The notes: generated by a model from the letters alone, not told the origin. Shown: positions 48,497-58,669, counted from the first letter of the stretch. The stretch is DNA of 64,000 nt from Macrostomum lignano (GCA_002269645.1 NIVC01002097.1:1-64000); one strand, 5' to 3'. Program-made: numbers and translations.

Positions 48497-49138
48497 TTAT
48501 ATCAGGGGCATAGGGAGGGGGGATAGGGGGGATGCATCCCCCCAAAGAGCCTGACCAAAACTTTTTGTTGCCCTTTGTTGCTATACATGCTACCATGTGA
48601 ATACAGGACAGTTCAGTAACAGACAATTCGGTAACAGACAGTTCGGTAACAGCAAGGACAGTTCGGTAACATATTCAAGACAGTTCGGTAACATTTTCCA
48701 GGACAGTTCCGTAACGCCAGAAGACGACCATGTATGTACTGCCAAGTTTTTATAATGATGCATTTTATTTATTAGTGCATAAATTTTTTACAATAATTAT
48801 GATAGACGTGTAATATATTTTAAGAGACATAAACACTGTTATAATTCATGCAACCATAACAATGCGGAGTTAGTTTATTTCGGAAGTTGGTAACTTTTGT
48901 TTGGATTTTTGTGATACACGCATATAAGATACTGTAGCTACACTAAAATACAAGTATCGCTTGTAAAATATGTATAATAATTGTTTTTTTAAGAACTAAG
49001 TATTGAAGCAAATACGACTCATACATGTACATAAAAGTTACAGCTCGTTCAAATACAAACAATTACACTGTAGCACAATGTAAAAAATGTAAATATTCAT
49101 GCATTGTTCAGTTACGCAACGCTCACGAAAGCAATTGG

Positions 49139-50871
49139 TCACTTGGCGACTACATACTTGGCCACAGCACTTAGCAATTGAGCTGCCGTTTTGGTGCCTG
49201 CCTGGTACTCGGACCAATAACGCATCAGCTTGGCCTCCTTGGTGCGCTGGGCAAGCCTCTGGTAGCGGCTAAGCTGCTCCTGAGACACCAGCTTAGCGTG
49301 AAGAGTGGCTACCCTCGCTTCATCGTAAAGGAGCGAGGCAAGCTTGTAGAAGCCCAGGTTGCCACTCCGTGCCCTTTGGTTGAGGCGATGATGGTAGCCT
49401 TCAGGCCCATTGTTCGTTCTGATGTTCCTGCGGAAGATGCTGATCTCGTCCAGCTGCCAGACTGTGCTGTTGAGCCATGTGTTAGCAACGTAATCGCACA
49501 GCTCTTGCAGCTGTTGGTTCTGGATCGTCTGCTGCAGCTCAGTGAATGCAGCATGCATACAATTGCCTGGCAGAAACGGCAGTGCCATCAATTTGTGGCA
49601 GAAGGCCCGTACAGTCTCGTCGTTCGCGTAGGCTGGCTGCAGGCCCATTGACTGGATGTGTCGCCAAATTGCCTGGGAATAGTGAAAACTGCACCCATGC
49701 AGTTTCACACCTGCCAGAAAGACAGACTTAGCAGCTCTCCACATTCCAGCTTCGTAATCGAGCACGATGCTTGTCAGTCGGCACTCGGAAGCATATCCTT
49801 GAGAGCCCGCAGCGTACGTCGGTAGTCTCGCTTGCTCTTTCCGGACATCAGAATGTAGACCAGCGGTATCTGTTTGACTGACTCATTCTTGCGCACATTG
49901 CCGTGGAAGATGTAGAGCTGTAGAAAGGGCTCCTTCACGACGAAGAAGGTTCCGTCGCCGAACCACTCCTTGCAACGTCCCAGCAGCTGCAGTTGACGTT
50001 GGCTTGCGAAAATGAAGTGGCGCCTGCCATTCTCTTCGATGTAGACATCTCTTTGAAGGAAGTCATCCGGCAGTGCTTCTTCTTGAACTTGAAATTCCAG
50101 ATCTCTTGGTTCCTGTGGGCGTTGTGCTGCTCGTGCTCGATTTGCAGCTTTTGCCAGCTGGTCCACTGTTGGCAACTGAGGCAGACCTCTTAAGCTGCCT
50201 TCATTCTGCAGCAGAAGTTGTTCGGCGATTTCAGCGGCGGGCCTGAAGAGCTCCTGCCGAGCTTGATCGCAGGCTTCCCGAACAATCAGTCGCCGTATCG
50301 ATGGTTGCCCGACTTGGCGACATGTGTGCTCGTTCTTGCCGCTGATAAATGCGCCACTTGACTCGATAGCTGAAGCTGTGCATTTGGTGTGTGCGTTTCG
50401 GATTGTGCATCTCCAGTACGTTCTGTCTCCTCGGCTGAATTGTCGACTGTAGCTGAAGCCGTCAGAGCGGATCAAAATGTCCTTCTCCTTCTCAGATGCA
50501 CGTGGGATTAGGGTAAAGACGATAGGCTCGACCTGTTGTGGTATGTGCTGTGGTGGAGCATCCTCTTCCATAGAGCTCTCCATCGGCTCGTCTTGGTGCT
50601 GGTGGTGGTGCTGTTGATGCTGTTGCTGCTGCTGTGGATGCTGAGGCTGCTGCTGGTGCTGTTGATGCTGGTGCTGGTGCTGTTGATGCTGATGCTGCTG
50701 TTGGCATGCTTCACATGACCAATTAAAGTCTGTTCCTTGAAACTCTCGGTATTGCTGCAGGGAGATTCCAGTGTTACACAAACGATGATGCCATCGATTG
50801 CAAACGTCACACTGCAGAGCTTGCTGCCTGGCTCTTACAGCTGACTGACAGCGTATGCAATTATCGTCCAT
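49139..50871 (-). CDS. MULE transposase with N-terminal PHD finger, poly-Q/H linker, FLYWCH zinc finger and DDE core; split by one frameshift near 49775
   Basis: PHD CIRC..CDVC..H..C..CEAC; FLYWCH FSY..YWRC..C..H; WFGDGTF, LDYE, GCSFHY, RTNNGPEGYH. The alternative frame across the junction reads LTSIVLDYEAGMW. Confidence 0.9.
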
Positions 50872-51575
50872 AGCAAAATGTTTAAAATAGTTTGAGTTAG
50901 TTTTATTTCGAAATTTCTAAAAAATGTGGCAGCTATTTACAGCAGTATTTTACGCATTTCAAAATAGTGCCACCGATTTTCATTGGAGGAGCAATCCCGC
51001 AAGCCACCGTTTCCATGACATCACAGCCACACCCCCATTCTTCTTCAGGGTCGCCTCGTGGTGGAGGAATTCTAGTTGAATAACATACATTTTATACATT
51101 TCACACATTAGGCTAGGCAATTGACGGTTACTTGCTAATATGAGACTTAGATTCTGGAGTAAAGTTTAACGTGTCATACAAATATAGTGTATTTATTTAC
51201 ATGTAGCTACTACGTGCACAGGATAAAGCATAGATGTAGATACTCAGTATGGTTTGTATCAACAAAAGACTGCTAAGCTTAGGCTCAGTCTTTGCACAAT
51301 GTGGTTTAGGTTAGCTTTAGCTTTGTACAATTCAGCTTTGCAGAGCAAAATTGTAACAATAGAGGCTTAGCAAGTTCGTGTTGGGTATATTATTAAGACA
51401 GGGTTTATTTTTGAGGGCGATTTGGTGAGTTGGCTCACTTGGGAAAGAACTTGCGAAAAATCCACGGGGAGTCAAAAAGCACCTTTAGTATGGCTAGCTA
51501 CCATGACGCATTCTGTGTATTGCTTATTCACCATCCTCTATCAGTCCCTCTCCTACTCTGTCTCTGTCTCAGCTT

Positions 51576-51580
<5 letters not shown>

Positions 51581-51660
<80 letters not shown>
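51581..51660. repeat. (CT)n microsatellite inside the MULE
   Basis: Direct reading. Confidence 0.95.
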
Positions 51661-51661
<1 letters not shown>

Positions 51662-53334
51662 ATATGCGCAACTTCGCTACTTCCTAGACTAGAGCTACAT
51701 TGGTCATTCATTAGCCCATTAAATTTTTGCTAATATTTACGTAAGCTACACGCTATACAATGCCATAGGTATAGCTAGGCTAGGGCAGGCAGGCTTTTAG
51801 TAGCTAAGCTAGAATGAAATTTGAATTATAGTTTACCTAGCATAGCCTAGCATGGGGGCCTATACATCTAGACTATTCTCAATTTTTAATTTATTAATAG
51901 GCCTGCCAGCAAATTAAGCGTTAACCTAATTGTAGAGATTGCCATCATGCAGAGCCTGCATTGCCAGCATGCTGTTAGCAGCATTTTGCTGCGTTGTTTT
52001 GTGCTTGGAAGTAGCAAAATATTGTGACACGGCTGCCAGCCAGCAGCTGCAGCGTGCGCATGGCATTGGTGAGTTCAAAAACTTTGTTAGTTGCATTCAA
52101 TATAACAAATTTAACCATGCGAATAATACCTGTTAATGTGTAAATCGATAGTATCTAATTGACTTACTGTAATACAGTATATCTATGCTACTTACTCTCA
52201 GTAAGCTTGTTACCGATTTGTCCACAACTTGTTACCGAACTGTTCTTGGTGTTACCGAACTGTCTGTTACCAAACTGTCTGTTACCGAATTGTCCTGTCC
52301 CCTACCATGTGACTGTCATAGCACTTTTACCTTGGTGTATCCCCCCCCTAGGAAATTCCTGGGTACGCTCCTGATTTATATTATATTATAGCTCACTATG
52401 CACAGTATGCAGACTATATTTAGGCCTAGGCCTTGATCGGCTCTTGATTATTTATCACAACGTGCTACGGTTTTCAAATGCTAAATTGATTGATCTGCGT
52501 CCAAGGCTGCGCCACACGCTTACAGTGTGGAGACTAGACTAGAAAAAGACTAGAACTTACATGTTTAATGAGTCGCATTTGTTGGAAACAGAAACCAATT
52601 TAAAAAAACCCGGCCTATTTACTAGCTAACCCTAGAAAAAGTTGGGTCTCCCTAAAACACGCCCCGCACCGCCCCGACCGCTACACATTATAACATTTTT
52701 TGTCAATGCAGTATTTGATTGCAGAGAAAAGTAATATTTGTTGTAAGAGTAATGGAATAAATAAATTAAACTATAATTCTAAATAACAGCATTATTTTTT
52801 ATTTTCTCGTTTCTATTATAAAATTGATGGGTTTCGACCTTTCAGGCCCCTTGTGAGGAAGCCTTCGGGCCTCAGGCCTCAGAAATAAATCAATTAGAGT
52901 CCTGGCCCCCACTCCTGTCAGATGGTCAGCCCCATGGTAGCTTGATCGTTTGGCGAGCAGTCTAGGTCCTATAGCTAAGAGAGAGACAGCGAGAGACAAG
53001 CAGGGAGAATTTTGAAGGTAGAAATTAGCTAATCCGCAGACTAAGCTAACTCGCTGCCACCAGCCCGTGCGTCCTGGCTCACCACACCGGGACTCTCGAA
53101 ATCGGGCTTCCGACTAGAAGGGGCTTTGCACTTACCTGCCAACTAGTGTCTTTTTGCTGTCAACCTCGAAGTCATAGCCGATGATAAGGGACACTGCTGG
53201 GACTAGATCGCATTGGCCATGCAGGTACAGAGGGGACTTGTGCAGGGGATTCTTGCAGTGGCGAGACTATGGGGTAGCTGCATGTACTATTACATTGCTA
53301 AATACGAAGGTATGTACTTTTGGCCTTCAACGCG

Positions 53335-53601
53335 AGTAGTAGGCAAAACGACGAGTCTAGCCGGTCAGCACTTTTTAAACAACCGTTTTAAGGGTCTAGA
53401 GGGGGGACACGAGGGGAAATTAAAAAAACACATCTAAACACCCTCCAACACAAAAACACATCTAAACACCCCCTAATAACAAAAATCAATAAAAATCATC
53501 CCCAACACTTCTTATCATCCCCCTCGTGTCCCCCTCTTAAGACCTTACAAACGGCCATTATAAATAGGGTCTGATCTGTACTCGTCGTTTTGCCTACTAC
53601 T
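53335..53601. repeat. Terminal foldback: perfect 22-bp inverted repeat with AGTAGT ends plus imperfect inner arms
   Basis: AGTAGTAGGCAAAACGACGAGT (53335-53356) / ACTCGTCGTTTTGCCTACTACT (53580-53601); inner GAGGGGGGACACGAGGGG / CCCCTCGTGTCCCCCTC. Confidence 0.85.
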
Positions 53602-53660
53602 ACATTCTATAACCCCTCGCACGCGCCGCAGGCGCGAAGGGTCTTTTTCTGTTACTAAAA

Positions 53661-53975
53661 ATGACCCGAGTTTACACCTTTTCTGTTAGTGATACTTTTG
53701 AGACTGTTGCTAAAAATGCAGAGATAATAAAACAACATATTTTGAATGGAATAATTGATGAAGTTTATTTAAAATATGACGACAAGCACGACCTAAAACT
53801 TTATCCATTAGAGTTAGATGAGATGTATAATTTAGAACAAGAGGGTGAGTTAATATTTCAACTTGGAGATTATTTAAATTCGGATGATTGGGAGGTTAGA
53901 TCAACAGATTCCGAAACAACAAATAGCTCATATGAAACTAGTGATTCTGAGAATGAAATTGAAATTTTTATGTAA
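53661..53975 (+). CDS. Polinton hypothetical acidic protein (104 aa)
   Basis: TAAAAATG start context shared with other element genes. Confidence 0.65.
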   Translation: MTRVYTFSVSDTFETVAKNAEIIKQHILNGIIDEVYLKYDDKHDLKLYPLELDEMYNLEQEGELIFQLGDYLNSDDWEVRSTDSETTNSSYETSDSENEIEIFM

Positions 53976-53990
53976 AAAAATATTTAAAAA

Positions 53991-54215
53991 ATGAATTTTT
54001 ATTCTATAACAGAAACGACGTTTATTATGAAAAATATATATAAAAAAATGAAGGTAAACTACTCCTATATCGGAAATGTACCGATTAATGAACTTAATGA
54101 AAATTTAAGTCTTGTTACAGTTGAACAAATGTCAATAATAATATTAGTAACAATAATAGTAATAATATTGTTTTTGTTTGTTATAAAAAATTTACTACCC
54201 TGTTGCCTTAAGTAA
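53991..54215 (+). CDS. Polinton small single-pass membrane protein (74 aa)
   Basis: Hydrophobic IIILVTIIVIILFLFVI followed by KNLLPCCLK; AAAAATG context. Confidence 0.6.
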   Translation: MNFYSITETTFIMKNIYKKMKVNYSYIGNVPINELNENLSLVTVEQMSIIILVTIIVIILFLFVIKNLLPCCLK

Positions 54216-54225
54216 TTGTTCGAAC

Positions 54226-55377
54226 TTAGTTCGCAGATATTATCTGGTTCTCATAAAAAGAACCCAATATTTCTTCCCCATCCTTATCAGCAATTATATA
54301 GGTTGTAGGAGTTGTATTTAAAACTTTACTGATAGTAAATTTCTCACTTATCTTCCAATATCCTTTTCTTCCCTTTTCAAACTTATCTTTCCATTTATAG
54401 ATATAAACAGAATCACCAACCTTAAAACCTTTAGTTTTCTTTTTTTCAAATTCTCCAAAAGTAACTTTAACTTTTTCAGGATTGTTATAAGCTTGTTGAG
54501 GAGTCATCTTTATAGCCGAATGATATGAATTGTTATAATCTTTCACGACGTCTGGTAATATTTTTACCCACTTTTGATTTCCATTAAGACTAAACTGAAA
54601 CCACAATTTCCTACCTAAAGTTCGATTAAATCTTTCTATTAATGCGTTTTTACTTTCGCCATAAATAGAATAAATTTTATTAATATACTCCCCATTCGCG
54701 TCCTTTTTCCTTTCTTGTCCTTTTTCAAAATGATACAATTTATATATATGAGGATTGTAAAATTCTTTTCCTTCATCAACACACAACCTTTCACTTTTTT
54801 CTCCAAGACTTCTAAAAGCACCAGCAACCTCCTCTCCTTTTTTGGATTTTAAAGGAACTGCCCACGCATATCGAGTAAAACCATCTAATATGGTTAAGAT
54901 ATATTTATATCCTTTATCGATTGGCATTGACATTAAATCAGCATACCAAATTTCATTCTTTTTAAAGTTCATGATTTTTCTATAAAATTTCGGTTTTCGG
55001 TATTCTTTGTGAAGAATCTTTGCCTCATCAGAACTTAACCCACCACCACTTAATAGCAAACACTCAACACAATTATTTCCATGTTGATTGTAATTAATTC
55101 CCAAACCAAATTTAACTTTAGACTGCAAAATCTTTTTAACCATCCACCTAGTTAATCTTTGGCTTACCGATAATCCTTGCAAATTATCTAATCCTTGAAT
55201 CATTTTTCTATCGGCTTCATGTTTTAATCTTAATGCTTCCTCAGGAGAATTCTTATCAGCATCTCTGTATGCTAAGTCATGATAATATGCTAACCAATCA
55301 ATACCGTTAATGGGAATTGAATCAGCTTTTGGAGTGTCATCAGGATTTAACCGGAGATCGAGTCGAGTCAACCCGGC
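54226..55377 (-). CDS. PLA2-like (parvovirus VP1-type) domain fused to a retroviral-like (rve) integrase; 3' exon after the group I intron
   Basis: PINGIDWLAYYHDLAY (PLA2 HD motif), SKVKFGLG; integrase IWYADL / LTILDGFTRY / CVDEGKEF / IERFNRTL. Confidence 0.9.
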   Translation of the reverse strand, partial: AGLTRLDLRLNPDDTPKADSIPINGIDWLAYYHDLAYRDADKNSPEEALRLKHEADRKMIQGLDNLQGLSVSQRLTRWMVKKILQSKVKFGLGINYNQHGNNCVECLLLSGGGLSSDEAKILHKEYRKPKFYRKIMNFKKNEIWYADLMSMPIDKGYKYILTILDGFTRYAWAVPLKSKKGEEVAGAFRSLGEKSERLCVDEGKEFYNPHIYKLYHFEKGQERKKDANGEYINKIYSIYGESKNALIERFNRTLGRKLWFQFSLNGNQKWVKILPDVVKDYNNSYHSAIKMTPQQAYNNPEKVKVTFGEFEKKKTKGFKVGDSVYIYKWKDKFEKGRKGYWKISEKFTISKVLNTTPTTYIIADKDGEEILGSFYENQIISAN

Positions 55378-55702
55378 CTTTATACCTTTGTTTTCACAAA
55401 GGAGTAGACTGTGTCTTAAGCTATCATAAGGATTGACTAAGTCCTTCAAGCCCACCAGCGTACAGTCGTTGCATCTCAACCATACTCAAGTCATACGAGG
55501 TTAGGTTTTCGATTCACTCTTGCCCATATATTTATCTTCAAGCTTGTTACCGTTGGGAAGAGGAGTTACCTCTGTTCCTTTGTAATCTTTCGAAAACAAA
55601 GTGGTACTTGAAGCTTTAGGGGATTGAGTGAGCGGCTGGTGTTGCCACTAATAGTGACTAGCAGTAGCTTTGCATCTACCACTCGGGCACAGCTCGAGCT
55701 CC
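55378..55702 (-). ncRNA. Group I self-splicing intron (325 nt, IC1-like with P5abc)
   Basis: Manual fold: P1 CGGGU/GCCCG with U.G at the 5' splice site; P2 with GCAA loop; P3 CACCAGC/GCUGGUG; P4 UCACUC/GAGUGA; P5a CUUCAAG/CUUGAAG; P7 A(C)GACUGU/ACAGUCU; J8/7 UAAGAC; P9 CCUUUGU-GAAA-ACAAAGG; terminal G. Removal restores the frame. The exact 3' splice site is less certain. Confidence 0.85.
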
Positions 55703-55831
55703 ACCCGTGAAATTATGCGATGGAATGTGTAACTCACCTGTATACCTTCCAGTAGTAAAGATTGGTGGTAAGCTTGTTAATCCTTTTTGAACATCTAATA
55801 ATCCTCCTTCAAACACTAATTGATTGCTCAT
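55703..55831 (-). CDS. 5' exon of the PLA2-integrase gene (MSNQ...GELHIPSHNFTG)
   Basis: TAAAATG context at 55831; GELHIPSHNFTG matches the PLA2 N-terminal Ca-loop motif (GELHLPGxNxxGPG type); in frame with the 3' exon after splicing. Confidence 0.8.
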
Positions 55832-56380
55832 TTTAATAGCCTTAAAAATACAAGTTAACACTAATTGTTTTGCAAATTCTTCGATAGTTGGTTGTTTAAC
55901 TTTTTTATAGCGATTATCTACGCTAGTTAGGTATCTTTTATTTGTCCAATGTTCAGACTTTTTCATCTGATCGGCATCTTTGTAACTAAATGAAGAAGCG
56001 GGGATTAAATGATCAATATGTAACATTCCAGTATAATCTTTTGATACATAATAATTTCTTGTGAAATTTAACCAATCAAAAAATAATTCTTTTGTGCAAC
56101 CAAGATATGAGATATAGTCCTTGTCCTTAAAATTTTTCAACGCCCAATTTATTCTATTTCTAATTAGAGTAATATTTTTGTAATTTTCATCGGTGTGATA
56201 TTTATTTTTTCTATATTCTTTCCATTTATCTTTATTGTTTTTCATCCACATTGTAGCCGAAGCAGTATGACACAAGCGACAATCATTTCTAAATTTTTTT
56301 GAATCGTTTCTCCAATAAAAAAATTCTTTAGTTATAGGCTTTTCTTGTTTACACTTAGCACAAATCTTTGTTTCATCCAT
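55832..56380 (-). CDS. HNH (His-Me finger) endonuclease with N-terminal zinc ribbon, in frame with the PLA2 5' exon
   Basis: CAKC...CRLC; YLGCTKELF; LHIDHLIPASSF...HWTN...DN, a giant-virus-type HNH pattern; no stop before MSNQ. Confidence 0.8.
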
Positions 56381-56396
56381 TTTATAAAAAATAAAT

Positions 56397-57068
56397 TTAA
56401 TTAATTCCTGTATGTCCAGCAGCTTTCGCGGCAGCTAAAACAAGTTTTCTAGGAGTTTTAAAACCTTCTCCAACAGCCGCTTTGTTATTTATAGAATTAA
56501 CAATCCTTTTATACAAGCTGGTATTTTTAACACCTCCACCTCCTAACTCATCGTAAAAAAATTTAGCACTTACTAATTCATCCCTAGTATATAAATCGGG
56601 GTTAAATTTTACCCTAGGGTTCGTAATAATATTAAATGCTCCACCCAATTCTCTATATAGTTCATTCCGATTTTTATCAACTCCACCAATTCGATAATTA
56701 TTATTACCTAAATCTGTCGCAGCAATACTAGCTGGTACTCTTGGAAATTGTTGCCGATCAACTCTTTCTTCAACCCTAATCTCTGCAACTCTCAATTGTG
56801 CTTGATTAACACCATAAGTAGGCGGATCATCCAAAATTTCATCCTCTTTTGGCTCCGTATTCTTAGCAATTTTTTCCAGAATGTCTTTATCTGTTTTTTC
56901 TAGTTCACTAATTTTCCCAGTAATAGGATTAACAAAAGGAGCAGCAAATCTATCACCAGCTAATTCTATTCCTAACTTTCTTTTTTGCAAATTTCTAACA
57001 AAATCGGAATATCTTTGCTTCTCTTTATAAATCGCTAACTCTCCATCAACGTCCATAAATTGACTCAT
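56397..57068 (-). CDS. Polinton hypothetical protein (223 aa)
   Basis: Full ORF with AAAAAATG context, divergent from the MCP gene; no assignable motif. Confidence 0.7.
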   Translation of the reverse strand: MSQFMDVDGELAIYKEKQRYSDFVRNLQKRKLGIELAGDRFAAPFVNPITGKISELEKTDKDILEKIAKNTEPKEDEILDDPPTYGVNQAQLRVAEIRVEERVDRQQFPRVPASIAATDLGNNNYRIGGVDKNRNELYRELGGAFNIITNPRVKFNPDLYTRDELVSAKFFYDELGGGGVKNTSLYKRIVNSINNKAAVGEGFKTPRKLVLAAAKAAGHTGIN

Positions 57069-57102
57069 TTTTTAATATAAAAAACTTTTTTAACTTAAAA
57101 AA

Positions 57103-58575
57103 ATGGCTGAAACAAAAACTATTTGGAGTGATAAATTTCATTTCAAAAAGCACCGTCAGTATATTAATGAGGTCAGGGCAAGAGATTTAAATTATACCCT
57201 ACCAACAAGTGATAATACAAATAACTTTACTAGCGGAACGGTAACTTTTGACATCGGCGCAACCAACACCATATTAGATATGAAAAATGCATTCTTCCGC
57301 GTTAGATGGTTGTATACTAGAAATGATGGAACTGCTCTTGCAGCCGGCGATATCGCAGATCGTTCTGGAATAATAATAGAAAATGATTGGTTTTATAAAT
57401 GTTTTTCTCAAGCTCAACTAACTGTTAATGGAGCCGAGGTTGAGACATCATCAAACCCCGCAGAGATTAATGGAGTTTTGAAACATTTAAATTATACTTA
57501 TTTATCAAAACAAGTTGGTGATAATGTTGGGTGGATGGCTGATAAGGGTAATGGACAAGCAGTAGTTTTCCCTAATGTACAAAACGCAGCTGGTGCAGAT
57601 ACTGCAGCTCTTATAGCTTATCTTAATACCAATATAGTTCCAGTTGTAACCACTATGACTAACACAAAAGATATTAACACCGGGTTTATAGATCGTCAGA
57701 ATAAATTCCCAGTAGCGGTTTTAACCACAGCAAACGCATATGAGCAAGACTTTTCAATCTTTCCACTATTTGGGTTCTTCTCACCAAATCGGGTATGGAA
57801 AGGATTAAAATTTGGGGTACAGTTGCAAATATCTGGTGGATATCAGCCTAGGATACTATATGGAACCTCGATTTCAACCGATATAGCAGTTCGCATAGCA
57901 TCAATACAATTAGTCGTGCCAACTATTGAGGTAACAGCCCCACTTTTAAAACACATCGATAATCAGTTAACGCATGATCAGGAAATATTTTATTTGAATC
58001 GTCGACATTTTATGCGAACCATTAATAACAATCAGGACCCATTCCAGTGGCAAATACTGACATCAAAACGTCGGGTGAGATATATTTTTGTTTGGTTTAA
58101 GATAACAAACAGAAGGAGTAAAAGAGCAAATGGGGATTTATATTGGCTTCAATCAGGAGATGTAGCAGCACAAGCAGCCACAGCAACAGACAATGAGGTT
58201 GCAGCTATTAACGAGTTTAATGTTCAGAATATCCGCCTGCAGGTTGATGACCAATACTATCCGGTTAAAGATCCTCTTAATCTAAATATAGCAAATAATA
58301 ATGTTAATGATTTTCTAAAATATTATCAAGATTATGTCAAAAATGAAGCGTATGCCATCCCTCAGTACATACCCACAGAGTTTCTAAACATTCATCCAGT
58401 GGTTGTTTATGATCTAACGGCACAGAAAGAAAACGTAGCCAATATTGGACTTAATTATATGTTAGAGATTAATAAAACCGGTAATCAGGCAATAGACGCA
58501 CACGTATTGTTTCTAGAGGAATATATGTCAATTGCTAAAGCTGATGGCACGATTGTTCGGGACGCGCCATTGTAA
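57103..58575 (+). CDS. Major capsid protein (double jelly-roll, Polinton PY-type), 490 aa
   Basis: Size and beta-rich blocks: FSQAQLTVNGAEVE, IFPLFGFF, RYIFVWF, NIRLQVDDQYYP, HPVVVYDLTAQ; adjacent to the ATPase and penton. Confidence 0.88.
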   Translation: MAETKTIWSDKFHFKKHRQYINEVRARDLNYTLPTSDNTNNFTSGTVTFDIGATNTILDMKNAFFRVRWLYTRNDGTALAAGDIADRSGIIIENDWFYKCFSQAQLTVNGAEVETSSNPAEINGVLKHLNYTYLSKQVGDNVGWMADKGNGQAVVFPNVQNAAGADTAALIAYLNTNIVPVVTTMTNTKDINTGFIDRQNKFPVAVLTTANAYEQDFSIFPLFGFFSPNRVWKGLKFGVQLQISGGYQPRILYGTSISTDIAVRIASIQLVVPTIEVTAPLLKHIDNQLTHDQEIFYLNRRHFMRTINNNQDPFQWQILTSKRRVRYIFVWFKITNRRSKRANGDLYWLQSGDVAAQAATATDNEVAAINEFNVQNIRLQVDDQYYPVKDPLNLNIANNNVNDFLKYYQDYVKNEAYAIPQYIPTEFLNIHPVVVYDLTAQKENVANIGLNYMLEINKTGNQAIDAHVLFLEEYMSIAKADGTIVRDAPL

Positions 58576-58576
58576 A

Positions 58577-58669
58577 ATTTTATCTATAAGTTTTATCTTT
58601 AAATTTTATCTTTAAGTTTTATCTTTAAGTTTTATCTTAAGTTTTATCTTTAAAATTTTATCTTTAAAA
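58577..58669 (+). promoter_or_regulatory. Intergenic array of ~7 TTTTATC-core repeats upstream of the ATPase; putative viral promoter
   Basis: (A/G)TTTTATCTTTAA-type units in tandem; a single TTTTATC also lies before the penton ATG (~59436). Confidence 0.45.

Larger units (their letters stand above)
48601..52301 (-). mobile_element. Mutator-like (MULE) DNA transposon, ~3.7 kb
   Basis: ~70-bp TIRs built of GACAGTTCGGTAAC subrepeats; direct flanks CTACCATGTGA (48590-48600, 52302-52312); internal transposase. Confidence 0.9.

Noticed and set aside
52820-52885. Minus-strand GGCCT-GAA-AGGTC-GAAAC resembling hammerhead stem II (Penelope-type)
   Set aside because: The CUGANGA core is missing (CUCACAA at that position); at most a relic.
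53136-53265. Possible minus-strand host exon next to the Polinton (SRHCKNPLHK...; donor gcag|gtaagt)
   Set aside because: No recognisable domain and no partner exons could be linked.
55378-55704. Spliceosomal GT-AG reading of the Polinton insertion (ACGG|GT...AAAG|GC)
   Set aside because: That splice puts the integrase out of frame, and there is no polypyrimidine tract; the group I fold fits the sequence and keeps the frame.
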